This document shows positions 26,840 through 39,606 of a DNA stretch of 64,000 bases, piece by piece. This DNA is from Octopus sinensis (Eukaryota), in the NCBI RefSeq assembly GCF_006345805.1, contig NC_042999.1, positions 84,940,001 through 85,004,000 of the forward strand, in the 5' to 3' direction. The position numbers were made by a program, and so were the translations under genes. How positions within the stretch are numbered: the first letter of the stretch is position 1; each line of letters opens with the position of its first letter. The notes under the pieces were generated by a model. It had not been told where the DNA came from and searched no databases. It saw only the letters and a list, made by a program, of their open reading frames with translations.

Positions 26840-27180
26840 GTGTAACTCTTGCAAGATCTGGTCTGCAACTATTTTTGTCAATCACTTGTCCCAGATACTT
26901 TATTTCTCGCATAAAAAAAAACTCGCATTTTTCTTCGCTCAGTTTAAATTCATACTTCTTTATTCTGTCGAAGAACTTTTTAACATGTTCCTCATACTGG
27001 TCTCGCGGCTCACTTTTCATGAGTATGTCATCCACCAAATCACCTATACGTAATCTTACGATATCTCTTTTTAATAGCTTCTACGACTCTCTGTATAATA
27101 TATGGCTGCACATACTACATTCTTCTGGTATCTCCAGCACGCATGCGTATTTACACAATCCAAAACCGTTTATTTATCCA
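26840..27180 (-). pseudogene. Ty3/Gypsy LTR-retrotransposon RT fragment
   Basis: VDDILMKSEPRDQYEEHVKKFFDRIKKYEFKLSEEKCEFFFMREIKYLGQVIDKNSCRPD matches the Gypsy RT C-terminal part (YLDDILI...KCEF...YLG.II). Confidence 0.85.
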
Positions 27181-27205
27181 TTCACGGGGGTGTTCGGATT
27201 TCACC

Positions 27206-27288
<83 letters not shown>

Positions 27289-27389
27289 TATAAATATATA
27301 TGATTAATGATGTTTGTACGAGCGAGTGTACATGAGCCATACAACCTAAGCGAGGGCGTTTATGCATCCATATCTGTTAACGATTATAT

Positions 27390-27762
27390 TTTTTTCGCAT
27401 TTTTGAGTATTCTTTTTGTATATATTATTTATTATGGATCTTCTATAAAAATGAAGCTGTAACCCTTAATTTGCTGCTTTTCTATTACTAAACCGAGAAG
27501 ATATCTTCTCGGAACATTTGTAATCTTAATAAAATACATTTTATAATCACCTGAAGAGACACATCTACACAGGCGGATGCTCCTAAACCCGTGAGGATTG
27601 ATGCTGGATGCGTCGAAACAATTGTAGTGATTAATAAACATTCTAGTATCTTCCATCTTTCGCCTGTCTCATTAATCAAATACTCAACAAACACTGTGAA
27701 ACTAAACATGCTTTACCGGTAAACTACCAGATGTATACCATAACATTTATTGTCTAATAATA

Positions 27763-27765
<3 letters not shown>
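27390..27765 (+). mobile_element. HHR-bearing PLE-like pseudo-LTR ending at (TA)n
   Basis: Canonical HHR at 27544-27633; (TA)n begins at 27766. Confidence 0.6.
27544..27633 (+). ncRNA. Type I hammerhead ribozyme, canonical core, branched stem II
   Basis: UAAUCAC-CUGAAGA-GACACAUC...GAUGCGUC-GAAAC-AAUU-GU-A-GUGAUUA: 7-bp stem I, 7 of 8 bp in stem II, palindromic ACAAUUGU stem III, GUA site at 27626. Confidence 0.9.
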
Positions 27766-27820
<55 letters not shown>

Positions 27821-27923
27821 AGGGTGAATACTTGATAAATGTAAGCACCTGTATATGCCAGATAGTGGCAGAGGTGAGAGAGAATATATTAAATAAAATT
27901 AAAAACAGAACACAAAGGAGATC

Positions 27924-28014
27924 GCGGTACACGTGTTTCAAGCTTTATAAACAATCCGTTATTACATCAGTGTATTATTGATATAAAAGATGGTTTAAAG
28001 CTCTCTTCAGCCGC
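27924..28014 (-). ncRNA. Type I hammerhead ribozyme, canonical core, long loop II
   Basis: GCGG-CUGAAGA-GAGCUUUA(48 nt)UAAAGCUU-GAAAC-ACGU-GU-A-CCGC: palindromic ACACGUGU stem III, GUA site at 27928. Confidence 0.88.
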
Positions 28015-28130
28015 AAACATTGTTAGTCCAAATAATTACATCACAATATAAAAAATATGAAAATACTCTTCAGCTAAAAACATTGTTAGTCTAAAGAGTT
28101 ACATCACAATACTTTGGACTAACAATGTTT

Positions 28131-28221
28131 GCGGCTGAAGAGAGCTTTAAACCATCTTTTATATCAATAATACACTGATGTAATAACAGATTGTTTATAA
28201 AGCTTAAAATATATGTACCGC
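28131..28221 (+). ncRNA. Mutated copy of the 27924-28014 hammerhead (GAAACACGUGU changed to AAAAUAUAUGU)
   Basis: Mirror arm of the palindrome; G12A plus three further transitions in stem III. Confidence 0.8.
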
Positions 28222-28333
28222 GATCTCCTTTGTGTTCTGTTTTTAATTTTATTTGATATATTCTCTCTCACCTCTGCCATATCTGGCATATACAGGTGCT
28301 TACACTTATCAAGTATTCACCCTAAATTTACAG

Positions 28334-28369
<36 letters not shown>

Positions 28370-28989
28370 GAATATATATCATGTCTGGTCACATGTGAAG
28401 TGTCAGGGAATCCATTACAGCCTGTCCCATAGTCGGGTTGTCTTTAGCTATTTTCTCCATTACATTAGTAATTTCATTGCATATAAATAGCGTTAAACCA
28501 TTCCAAGCTAGACACAGATTCCACGTAAACATATGAATTGATGTTTTATTTGTACCTCCATCAATGGTAAATACATAAGCATATACGTATATTCTTATGT
28601 GTGAGAGACAGCGAGCTTGTTTGCTCGTTTTCTCCCACTATTTTGCTTCTGTCGATCCGTGGCATGTTTTCGGCAAAGCGTATGAGAAATATTAGTTCCT
28701 ATATAAAATACGAATATTTAAGTTCTACAAGAAATGCATGCCTTGATGTTAAACAGCCTTTTATACACGCTTGCCAAGCCACATATATGTGTACGTAGCC
28801 TACTCGTAGTTTGTTGTTCAAATTTCAGTTCCTTGACTGAATATAACTTTTTTCGGGGACACACACACACACACGCATCACCATGTTTATACCCAAAGAA
28901 ACTTACACACGTTGTTCAAATGGCAAATAATGTTGGCGAGTAACTCTCCTTCTTTAGCAATCCTTGTTCCTGTTCTTATCGTAATGATT

Positions 28990-29660
28990 TCTTGACAACC
29001 GAATAGTGCAAGCAGTCTAACGTCCACAGAACTTTATGTATTGTCTATGGAGATTGACAATAGCAATGTGCACAAATGGAAGAAATTTAATTAAAGGAAA
29101 GCCGGCATTGAAGACAAACCACACTGAGTTACCATCAATTGTGAAAGCTGGCATGAATCGCCAGTGACTGGACAAACGGATTCCTACGATGAGTCGAGTC
29201 GCATTCTATGAGTTTACTGCACAACCGGACTGTGTTCAGAATGCGGTAAGGACATTACCATAAAACGTTGTGTTGGAAATTGTGTGCAAAGTGGGTTCCT
29301 CGACAGTTGACAACCGATATCAGGGAGAGAAAAGTGGAAGTCTATTCTGATCTGCTAGTAGTACATGAAGCCAGTGAAGACAATTTTTTTTTCGATCCAG
29401 TGACTGGTGATGAAATTTAAGCATACCTTTATAAATCGGAAAAAGCGGCTCAGTTCATAGAATGGCAAGTTTTAACAATTGCAAAGCCAGCGATCAAGGT
29501 ATAGTTTTGTTTATAGGTGTTTGAAAGGACGACAAAGGCATAATTCGCCTCAATTTTCTGAAACATTGCTGTAAGCGGTATACTGGGACACTCAAAAAGT
29601 TTAGAAAAGCTTCTGAATGAAAGACCTAATAAGGATCTGGAAACACTCCGTGATTATGCA
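28990..29660 (+). pseudogene. Decayed mariner (DD34D) transposase fragment
   Basis: IHRTLCIVYG...NVHKWKK (HTH), KLCAKWVPRQLT (WVPHEL-like) and VTGDE (first catalytic D) in broken frames. Confidence 0.75.
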
Positions 29661-30119
29661 CGTCCATACGCAACTTTAGCAGCAAATTGGTTGTGAAGAA
29701 GTGAGTTAAACAATACATATATGAAATGTTTCTATGAGTGTTCGTGAATTGGGTTCAACGCATTGCTTGGGAGTAAGTCTATTATTACAAATACATTTTT
29801 ATAAAGAATGAGTCACTCTGTTGATATGCACAATTTGAATGATCTATGTGAGTTAAAAAGTTATGTCCTATTTTACATTACTTTATGTAGAACCGTCTTA
29901 CACACACATACATGCACACACATTCATGCTCACACATACACACGTACAACACATTCAGATACACACATACGCCATACGCACACGCACATATCTATTTTGA
30001 ACTGCGTTTTTATTTCAGCTAGTCTGTAGAACGTTATTGATTTATAAATAGTGTATATACACACACATAGACACGCACACGTATATACAAACATACATAT
30101 ATATATATATATATATAAC

Positions 30120-30152
<33 letters not shown>

Positions 30153-30206
30153 ATATATACGCACACATATATACAGTATATGAAACAATATATATGCATT
30201 CGTATA

Positions 30207-30237
<31 letters not shown>

Positions 30238-30353
30238 AGTGTATGCATGTATATATACATACATATATATCTAAATATACATATAGAACATTATATAATA
30301 TATGTATATATATACATGTATATATATGAAACAAGATATATGCTTATGTATAA

Positions 30354-30389
<36 letters not shown>

Positions 30390-30973
30390 TATATACACTC
30401 ACACACGCACACTCACACACTCACACACACACAGAGGTACATATATGTTTATGTGTGTGCCTATGTCTGTGTATTGCCAATTAAGCAGTAAAATTTACGT
30501 TTCTGTTTTCTTCAGGGAACAGTAAATGGGTACAATAGATTATAAAACACGAGAAAATAAAATTAGAAGAAATTGAAAACGGTATTAAAGAAAGAAATGT
30601 TGAATTAATAGAAAACTAACGTTAAGATGACTACTCAAAAACAAATGAATAAATAACAGAGATATAACATTGTTTTTTAATGTGATATGAAGTTAGATGA
30701 TCGACGATGTTGTTCACCCAAGATATTTCAGAAGAAGAACAGAAAAGTGGAAAGAAATGAGTGACAGTTAATCAAAAAAATTACATCGAAATGAAATGAA
30801 ATGAAATATATAGTCATTCGGGGAATAACACGACAAAAGTAATGGGTAAGAAAGCAGCTGTTTTTATCAAATATAAATATTAAATGTCAGTGTAAATATC
30901 ATATACGTATATAAAAACAATATATAAATACATCTATGTATTTTATGTCTTTTAAATTGTATATACATACAGC

Positions 30974-31032
<59 letters not shown>

Positions 31033-31325
31033 AAGGAGAGAGAGATGTATATACATATATATCTAGATCAATGTATATATATATATGTGTATATATATAT
31101 GTATATATATATATGTATGTATGTATATATATATTTATGTGTGTGCATATACACATACAAAGACGCTCATACATGATTATTATTGTTGTTGTTGTTATTG
31201 TTGTTATTACTGTTATTAGTAGTAGTATCATTATTATTATTATCACTTTCATTATTGTTGGTGTTCTTAAAAGTATATACATGTGTGTGTATGAATGTAT
31301 GTAAATGTATAATATGTATATATAT

Positions 31326-31368
<43 letters not shown>

Positions 31369-31478
31369 TAAAAATATTACCCATATAGGTATAAATATTA
31401 TCTGTAAATATATCTAACCATTCATTATTTATTGTGTAAGCTTCGTTGCTTAAAATGCATTTTTATCACTCTTTCTTT

Positions 31479-31509
<31 letters not shown>

Positions 31510-31560
31510 ATCTCTCTCTCTCCCTCTCTTTGTGTGTGTGTGTATACACACACACGCGCG

Positions 31561-31626
<66 letters not shown>

Positions 31627-32399
31627 TGAAAATTCTTCATATTTCAGAGATTTTAGAAGCTACTGTGTATTATGATCAATGTAAATTTTATACAACTCAC
31701 TCTGCTCATTATAAAAACATAGATAACTTTTCATATTTGATGTATAAACTTAATCTGTGTATGTATGAATTTGTGTATGTACGTATGTATGCATGTATGT
31801 ACGTATGAACATATGTATCTCTGCATGTATGTACGTATGTATGTATATACCTACGTATGTATGCATGTATGTATGTATGCATGTCCCTATGTATGTATGT
31901 ATATATGTTACTAGTTTTAGGCTACAATTTTTCAACAACGTAATTGAAATTTGCAACTGGGGCATATCTTGTCAAGGACACTATTATAGGTTATTTTTTT
32001 TTTACTGATACTTTCTATAAACCCTAACAAAGTTGGGTACTGCTTCTATATGATATTTATATTTATATTACTTATATTTCAAACTTTCTTGGTTATGTGG
32101 ATTTTTCATCATGCCATTACTATGTCGTGTTGCGCTATTTCCTGGCTTTTCACGTCGAACTTAATCGGTACCACACTGAAATTCCCACAGTCTCCCAGAA
32201 AATCAGTCATCTTTTGTGTCTTCTGTATGAGGTCTGAATCGATATACCGATATTCTTACTCAACTTCATTGGTGATTCACTTTGTGTCTAAATTCAAGAG
32301 AATAATGAATAAAAACATGATGGAAGTAACACGACTGTCATGCTAAATTACTCATTTGTCTATGATACCTATTTCTATAAAGTTCTATACTCGATAACA

Positions 32400-33080
32400 T
32401 GGTGTGGACATGTCGACCTTGAATCTCTTAAAAGCAAAATGACTCAGCCACTATTTATGCCAAGAAACACCAAAGCATCACACAATTAAACATGGATGGA
32501 ATTCAGTTCGAAAACCCATAGTTATTCTAAATGATGGGTCTTTCTATTACCAACGATCTCTTCTGAGGAAGACACATTCTCAGCATAGTTAATACTGCAT
32601 ACCAAATACTAGACCTTCCCTTGAGGGCCAGAAAATATTTGAACTACCTAACAGCTGCTGACACTCTATTAGACTCAAATGGCCCACTACTCCCACTTTT
32701 ATTTAATGTGGCGCTACTACCATGCGCAAACATCCTGCTCTGCATCAAGAGAAGAATCACTTGACTAATTGGTATTCAATCCCATAGGAACACGTTCCAA
32801 GCTCCAGCCCACAAGCGTGCAGGCTCCTGTCTCCGTTTTATTATATCGCTACTATAATTGCTTCTGCTCTTCGAAGCTAGGAATAATCACCACCAGTCGA
32901 CAATCCCTTACGTCATTATGGTTACGTCCAACCCCAGCGTCTCCACACTAACCTTTGTACTCAATCCATTTTACACCAAGAACATTGGTTCTCTGGAGTC
33001 TATGGAATTTTCCCCTTGCTTTTGTCTATCTTGCAGGTGCCGTTCTACAATAGTTTAAATGAGTTTTAAAAGCACTAAAC
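32400..33080 (+). pseudogene. Decayed CR1/L2-group LINE 3' fragment
   Basis: LNMDG..., GLSITNDL.*GRHILSIVNTA..., RARKYL..L, and a 3' region resembling SFFPRT..WN.LP; many disruptions. Confidence 0.55.
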
Positions 33081-33514
33081 AAACTGGTCGGAAGGGCCAA
33101 CAAGGATCATGGGAAATGTCCCTTTCTCTTGCTTCAGCAAGTAAGGCTAAATATAATATCAAGTTACAGTGACATAACATGCCACCTTGTGTCATATAAT
33201 GAACCGGCTCGTGAAGTGGTCTTTCTGCTGAAAGCATTGGAACAAAACCTTCGGTCTCCTCTCTGCCAGCGTTTTTCTTACTGACGTTATCCTACAGATA
33301 TTTTGCTTGAACCTCAGCCGTACCAATGTCACCATTGTGAGAGAACCAATGCAGGTCATGTATATTGTTCTTGTCCTTTTGACCAACTTGTACAAAGAAT
33401 GTAAATCATCCCAAGAAAGACTGAGTTACATCCTAAATTTCACTCCTAAGCTATTAGCGTGGTTCCGGATGTACATATGAATATGATAGCTAGATAGGTA
33501 GATAGATAGATAGT

Positions 33515-33560
<46 letters not shown>

Positions 33561-33654
33561 CATACATACATACATACATACATACATACATACATACATA
33601 CATAATACATACATACATACATACATACATATGACCTTTTCAAATTTGTCTTCG

Positions 33655-33780
33655 AATTTCGCTAATGTCACCTTTGCTTTCCATCGTTCCGAAGTCGGTA
33701 AAATATAAAAAATAAACGCAATCAAGTACTGTGATATATTTAATCGACTATGCCCTCCTACAACAAAATGTGTGATCATG
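33655..33780 (+). mobile_element. Degenerate family B SINE core
   Basis: 'gtcacctttgctttccatcgttccgaagtcggtaaaata..aagtact..taatcgact'. Confidence 0.5.
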
Positions 33781-34010
33781 TATTGATTTTAGAATTAGAT
33801 ATTTAGTTATACGCCTTTAACGTTAAAAATTCAAGCCCTGCAGGGGTCAACTTTTCACCACCACCTTCTCTCTCTCCCCTCTCCCCTCTCTCTTTCCCCT
33901 TTCTATTTCCTTCCTCCACCCCGTCACTCGCTCGCACTCTTCTCCCCACTCTCCTCTCTTTCCCCGTCTTTCTTTTTTCTTTCCCCTCCGTCTTTCCTCC
34001 TCCATCTGCC

Positions 34011-34054
<44 letters not shown>

Positions 34055-35289
34055 CTCTCCCTCTTTCTTTATCCAATACACAAAGAGCACATATATAGAT
34101 GATACTTTACACACACTGGCACATGATAATCACAAAAACCACAAGTACGTAAATGCTGACATATAATCACACAAGCTAGGTTTTACCTCATTTGTTTAAG
34201 CTGCACCTTAATCATCGTTCATTATTTTCTTACTTAAATATTTTAAGTCATTGTTGGAGTGATTGAAATGATTATATATTTACAGCCCTTTCTGTATTTC
34301 AATCCCTATTCACTCTGATTGTAAATCAATATAATAAAGCGGTCGTATCCAAGATTCGTCTTAACACTGCACCAGGAATCTCTGTTTTCCATTAGCTTTG
34401 TAGGTCCTGAATTCTGTTTCATGTTTTTGTCAATAAATGCATTGCAGTGGTCATCGTCCTTTATTAAAGTGTTTAAGTCTCCAAAATATAAAATTTTACA
34501 TAGCTTATTGTTCGACATAAAACTTCTCATTGATCTTGTGCTTACGCCATGAGACATCATGAGAAACATGAGTATCATCAAAGCGAACTTGAAGGTTCTT
34601 TTTCAACGTTCAGATTTCTGATCCATAGAGGAGGATACGATTTACACATGCCCTGAAGAATGTCAGACTTGTTGACTGGTAATTTGTTACAGGCTGTCCA
34701 GAATAATTGCATGAACGTTAGAAAGTCTTGCTTTGTGTTAATAACATAAGACTCAAGTTATTTGAAATTACTGATCTCCTTTAGTTATATACCAGTGTAG
34801 AAACAAATTTGCAATTGGCTTTGCAGTATTCTGAAAGCTAATATGGTACAGTGATTTTTAAGTCACAAAGTAAGAAATTATTGTCGTGGGAGGGCAGTCG
34901 AAAATATTGTCTTCAATACATGTTTACAGCATATATGATCGATCAGAAAGAATGAAAAGCAAAGTTGACTTTTACAGAATCTTTTAAATTCGGAACGTAA
35001 ATAGTTATTACTAAACACAGCATGATGTATTTTTCTGACATTCCGGTGATTCTGCTAATCTGCTACAAAATCATTCATTCCACAATAATTTCCTCTTTCT
35101 ATTCCCCCACTCTTGTTCCCCATCTCCCTCTTCATACTCCTCAGCAAAATTGACAATGTGCTTTGTCAAAGAGAAAATAGTTGAATCCTCTAGTATTGAG
35201 CAGCTAAAGTTAGGGTTATGATGATGAGAGGAAGAGAAATAAGAGAATATCCGTAAGAGCTGTTGACAATCACAAAACCCTTTCATTTC

Positions 35290-35440
35290 TAAGAAGAAGC
35301 GGTATAATCAATTTAATCGATTATACTCCATATCAATATTGAACATTTCCTTGGATCCGAAAGGATGACACTGCACGTTGAATCTAATGGGATTTGAACT
35401 CAGAGCCCCAAAAATGATGCCGTTAGTAAATTCTGCTAGA
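35290..35440 (-). mobile_element. Degenerate family B SINE
   Basis: 'ggatccgaaaggatga..gggatttgaactcagag..ttctgcta' is the reverse complement of the head and core. Confidence 0.5.
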
Positions 35441-38180
35441 TATCTAACCCGAATCTGTATTAGCCAAACAGGTGAAACTAAGTTTTTAATTTATTCGGTA
35501 ACTATGTATCACTAGCAAATATTCTATGCGTTCTGGCTACATGACTTTAGATGGATAAAAGCATCGTCGTGCCGTTGAGAATCTCCTTTCCTTCGCAGCT
35601 AAAGAATTTTAGATTCATCCCCATTACTTGGCATTTTGAAAGTTTTCTTATATAGACAGGGGTCGATCAAAAGCATGTGCATGAAATCTAGTCGACTGAA
35701 ATCGTGTGCATCCTCGTAGAAGGGATCATTTTTTTTGTTTGCTTATTTGTTTTTGCTGGTTAGACTTTAATATTTCACCCAGTATAGCACCGTTGTCTAC
35801 CTCTTGAGTGCTTTGAGGGAAGCTTAATCTATTGCAAGCATTTGGGGAGCAAGGATTTATGCGTCTTTCAAATCACAGAAAGGGGCGTGGATGTTGCTCT
35901 TCCTCCTATGATTAAACCATCAAAAGCAAAACGTATATGACGTTGGGTGGTGCAACTGAACACTTAAATATCAAGAACATATAAAGTGTAGTTTGCGATG
36001 AGCTACCCTTGTAGTTTATTGAAGATCAGTCAGGATTTTTTTAAAGATCAAATTTAAACTGTACAAACTAGGGCAACTGTCATTGAATGTATTATCTCCA
36101 GCACTCAAAACGAAAAAGAAAATAATGATACGTTAAAACAGGCGATTTGCAAGGTGTACCAACTTTCTATACTCTCGCTTTCAGATTATTTGTTGAAGAC
36201 AAACTATCACGCGAAACAATAATCTAACAGGCTAAAATATATTATATTTAATCTAGGTTTGTTCTTGTGAGTGCAAATGCTACTGAGGTCAAATTTGCCT
36301 TTCGTATTTGCGGTATCAATTCCATTAAATTACATCTTCCTTTTAATCATGTAGCGTTATACCATTAAGGATATCATTATTGAAGACTTGCAATATCCTG
36401 GAGTAACAGATATGGTCGTGCTACAGTTTTGTAGTATTCAGTTCCGAACTCTTGTGTTCTAAATTAGTACTCAGTCATTATCACATGTTATGAATTAATA
36501 CTTAGAGCTGAGGTCATATTGCTGGTTATGGACTAATATTTTTGGTTTCAATATACAACAAATTATTTGCCTTTCCCCAGTGTGAGAAATCATTGTTATT
36601 ATCCATAATACAAGGTTCCTTTGATGTAACAGAAAGCATAGAGCACTGGCTGGACAAAATGCTTCGCGATATTTAGTTACCTCCCCTTATATCAAAAGTT
36701 TAAAACCCACGTGTGTTGACTTACAATAAGCATCAGTCAAATTTAGGCTCCGATGAAAACGTTTATTCTCCACTGCTCGAATTAATAGCATTGCTAGATT
36801 ATAAATCCATGTATATTATCCATGCCTCAAAGAAGGTAAGGAAGAGACAGAAATCACATTGTGTTGGACTAACTGCTTTAGAGTATTTAGTTTCATCGAT
36901 AAAATACTTAACAGACATTCGCCAATGTTGATTCAATCAATATATAGCCTGCCTTTGCAAATATGTTGTCTTGTGATTAAGTATGCAATCACTCTTCTCC
37001 AGTATATGTAAACAATGCGCAAAGATAAATTTCTTTAGTAATTATGGGGAAAATCAATCAAAAGACTAGTAGGATCTTCAAAGATTTGCTTTCTAATCTT
37101 CTGATTTTCTTTAATTATTACCCTCACTCACTCCTAGTGTCTGCATTACAAGTGGATAATTTATGTCAGAAGCTATGCATCAAATAAATTACGACAAAAC
37201 GCGAGAACTATTTACTCAGCTGTGTTTTATAACTACTTAATCTGCAAGAAACAACGTGCCTACTAAATTAGTGAAGTATTTCCACTAAAGATTGGTTGCT
37301 TCTGTTTCTTGATAAACTCACAAAATCTTTTCTCTTCGACTTATTAGAAGCTGAGTCCCATCATGCAGTGGCGGACGCGCTACAAATCATTGATGCTTTT
37401 AATATTTTAAAATACAGTAACATAGAAATCAAATTTTCTGGAATTCTTTTTGTCACTTCCCAAAATTTTATAGACGAGAGGTGAACGTTTGTTTTAAAGA
37501 TTGCGAAGATTCCAGAATAACGGCAGCAAATATTGCAAGATTTATTTGCCTTCCTATTTTCAGAGAGAGAGAGATAGTTTGTGTGTGTATGTGTGTGTAT
37601 GTGTGTGTATGTGTGTGTATGTGTGTGTGTGTGTGTGTGTGTACTTTAATCGAAGTACACGCACGCATCACCAATCGTAAATTTCTTACGTGGTAGTCGA
37701 TACCACCCTGCGATATTGGTGCTTATTCTCAATGGTATGAAGAATGTCTGTAAAATAGCATGGAACCAATTGGAAATTGGAACTCGTTGGAAGCTTGTGT
37801 TTACTCAGATGTTACTCGAATGCAATCGAATGAGTTACATACGATTTACAATAACCACTTTCTCTGAACCAAGTACGAAACATAATAACATAGGATGAAA
37901 AATGAGATGTCGAGACTGTTATATTTTTCTAAAGGTATCAGTATCAAAAGAGATTCGACTTCACCGGAGACTTGCAATATATTGTGTAAGGTCTCAGCAG
38001 TTATTATAGCTTTATTACAATTTTAAACAGTTTACTTTTCATAGTTTACATACGATGGAGGTGACGAAAAAGAGGATAAAAATTGAAAACAAAGTTAAGA
38101 ATGGAATATATCGGCTTGAATACAAACACACACTATACACATATGCATGTATGTGTATATATATATATATCTATATATAT

Positions 38181-38216
<36 letters not shown>

Positions 38217-38469
38217 ATAATAATAATATTAGGGAATATATCCAAATTTACAGGAAAAAAAATCAGATTAGGATTAAATCCAATTTTATAGTAAAATATT
38301 ATAAAATATTATTTGAGACAAAACCACTATTTTGCAAAACAATTAAATTTTATGTATTGATTAAGTCTTTCCTTGTTTGTTTTGCAAAATAGTGGTTTTG
38401 TCTCAAATAATATTTATATATATATATATATATATATACGCACACACATACATACGTACATACATATAA

Positions 38470-38607
38470 AATATCCTGTTGTTGTTGATGGTGAAATTCC
38501 TATGAAGGCGCCTTGGATCTAGGTTAGAAACCGGCTCATTCTCCATTGGCAAGAAATCCTGAAATAAACTCAATAATTGCATACATACATACATATGTAT
38601 ATACATA
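38470..38607 (+). repeat. Short LINE-3'-end-like repeat with an (ACAT)n tail
   Basis: 'gccttggatctaggttagaaaccggctc' resembles the RLE-LINE 3' UTR copies at 57830 and 58015. Confidence 0.5.
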
Positions 38608-39145
38608 TGGAAACACAAATAGTGAGCGGTGTTGCAGAGGACACTGTCTTGGAACCAATGCTTTTCAAAGTGGCCCTCCCAGATATGCCCTCAACTGCCC
38701 AGATAGCCATCCTTGCTAGCTATACAGACGATACAAATGTCTCGCAGAAAATACAGAATCGCAGTGATGTTGTACATCAGCAGCAAGAGTTGGACTCAAT
38801 TTACTGATGGGTTGAGGATAATAATATGCAGTTTAATGTTGAAAAATTCCAAGCCTTGCGCTAACAGCGTCCAAAACTGAATATGAAACTTACAGGCTAC
38901 GCTGGTCCACAGGGAATTTCAATCCCAGTGAGGGACCTGGCTATCGACATGAGTGATGATACCTCTTACCAAGTGCGACAAAGTGCAGACGACTGGCTGG
39001 ATGGATCCTGAGAACATTCAGAACCAGAAGTAAGGAGACCATGATGGTCCTATGGAGGACATTTGTCCTCGGCCGCCTGGATTACTGCGCCCGGTTATGG
39101 TCACTCAACAATGTAAAATTAACTGCGGACCTTGAAACTACAGAG
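38608..39145 (+). pseudogene. CR1/Jockey-group LINE RT fragment
   Basis: VSGVAEDTVLEPMLF..ASYTDDT..ELDSIY*WVEDNNMQFNVEKFQ; WILRTFRTRSKETMMVLWRTFVLGRLDYC..LWS. Confidence 0.85.
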
Positions 39146-39414
39146 AAAAAATACATATATACATACATACTTACGTACGTAAGTATATACATACATAAAT
39201 ATATACATACATACATACATACATACATCATACATACATACATACATACATACATACATACATACATACATACATACATACATTTATACATACACTAGAA
39301 AGAAACTTCCAAAAAGGTTATTGGCATTCTGATAAAGAATTTACAACTATTTTAAAAGAATTTTTTTTTAAATCTAAATATCTTTTTTATACTTAGTAAA
39401 ATTGTATCAAGTAA

Positions 39415-39606
<192 letters not shown>

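Larger units (their letters stand above)
27821..28323. repeat. Long inverted repeat (arms 27821-28032 and 28113-28323) of an HHR-bearing pseudo-LTR, flanked by (TA)n on both sides
   Basis: About 8 differences in ~212 bp by manual alignment; the 80-bp spacer contains a 46-bp direct duplication. Confidence 0.95.

Noticed and set aside
33055-33420. Coding-like minus-strand stretch (IHDLHWFSHNGDIGTAEVQAKYL)
   Set aside because: Contains an in-frame stop and has no recognisable family motif.
37348-37417. Candidate exon EAESHHAVADALQII (resembles a DEDDh HxAxxD motif)
   Set aside because: Too short, weak donor, and no other exonuclease motifs nearby.
38495-38540. LINE 3'-UTR hairpin ending in GAAACCGG(C)U (also at 57825 and 58015) as a hammerhead
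   Set aside because: None of the three copies has CUGANGA upstream; treated as a LINE 3' stem-loop.
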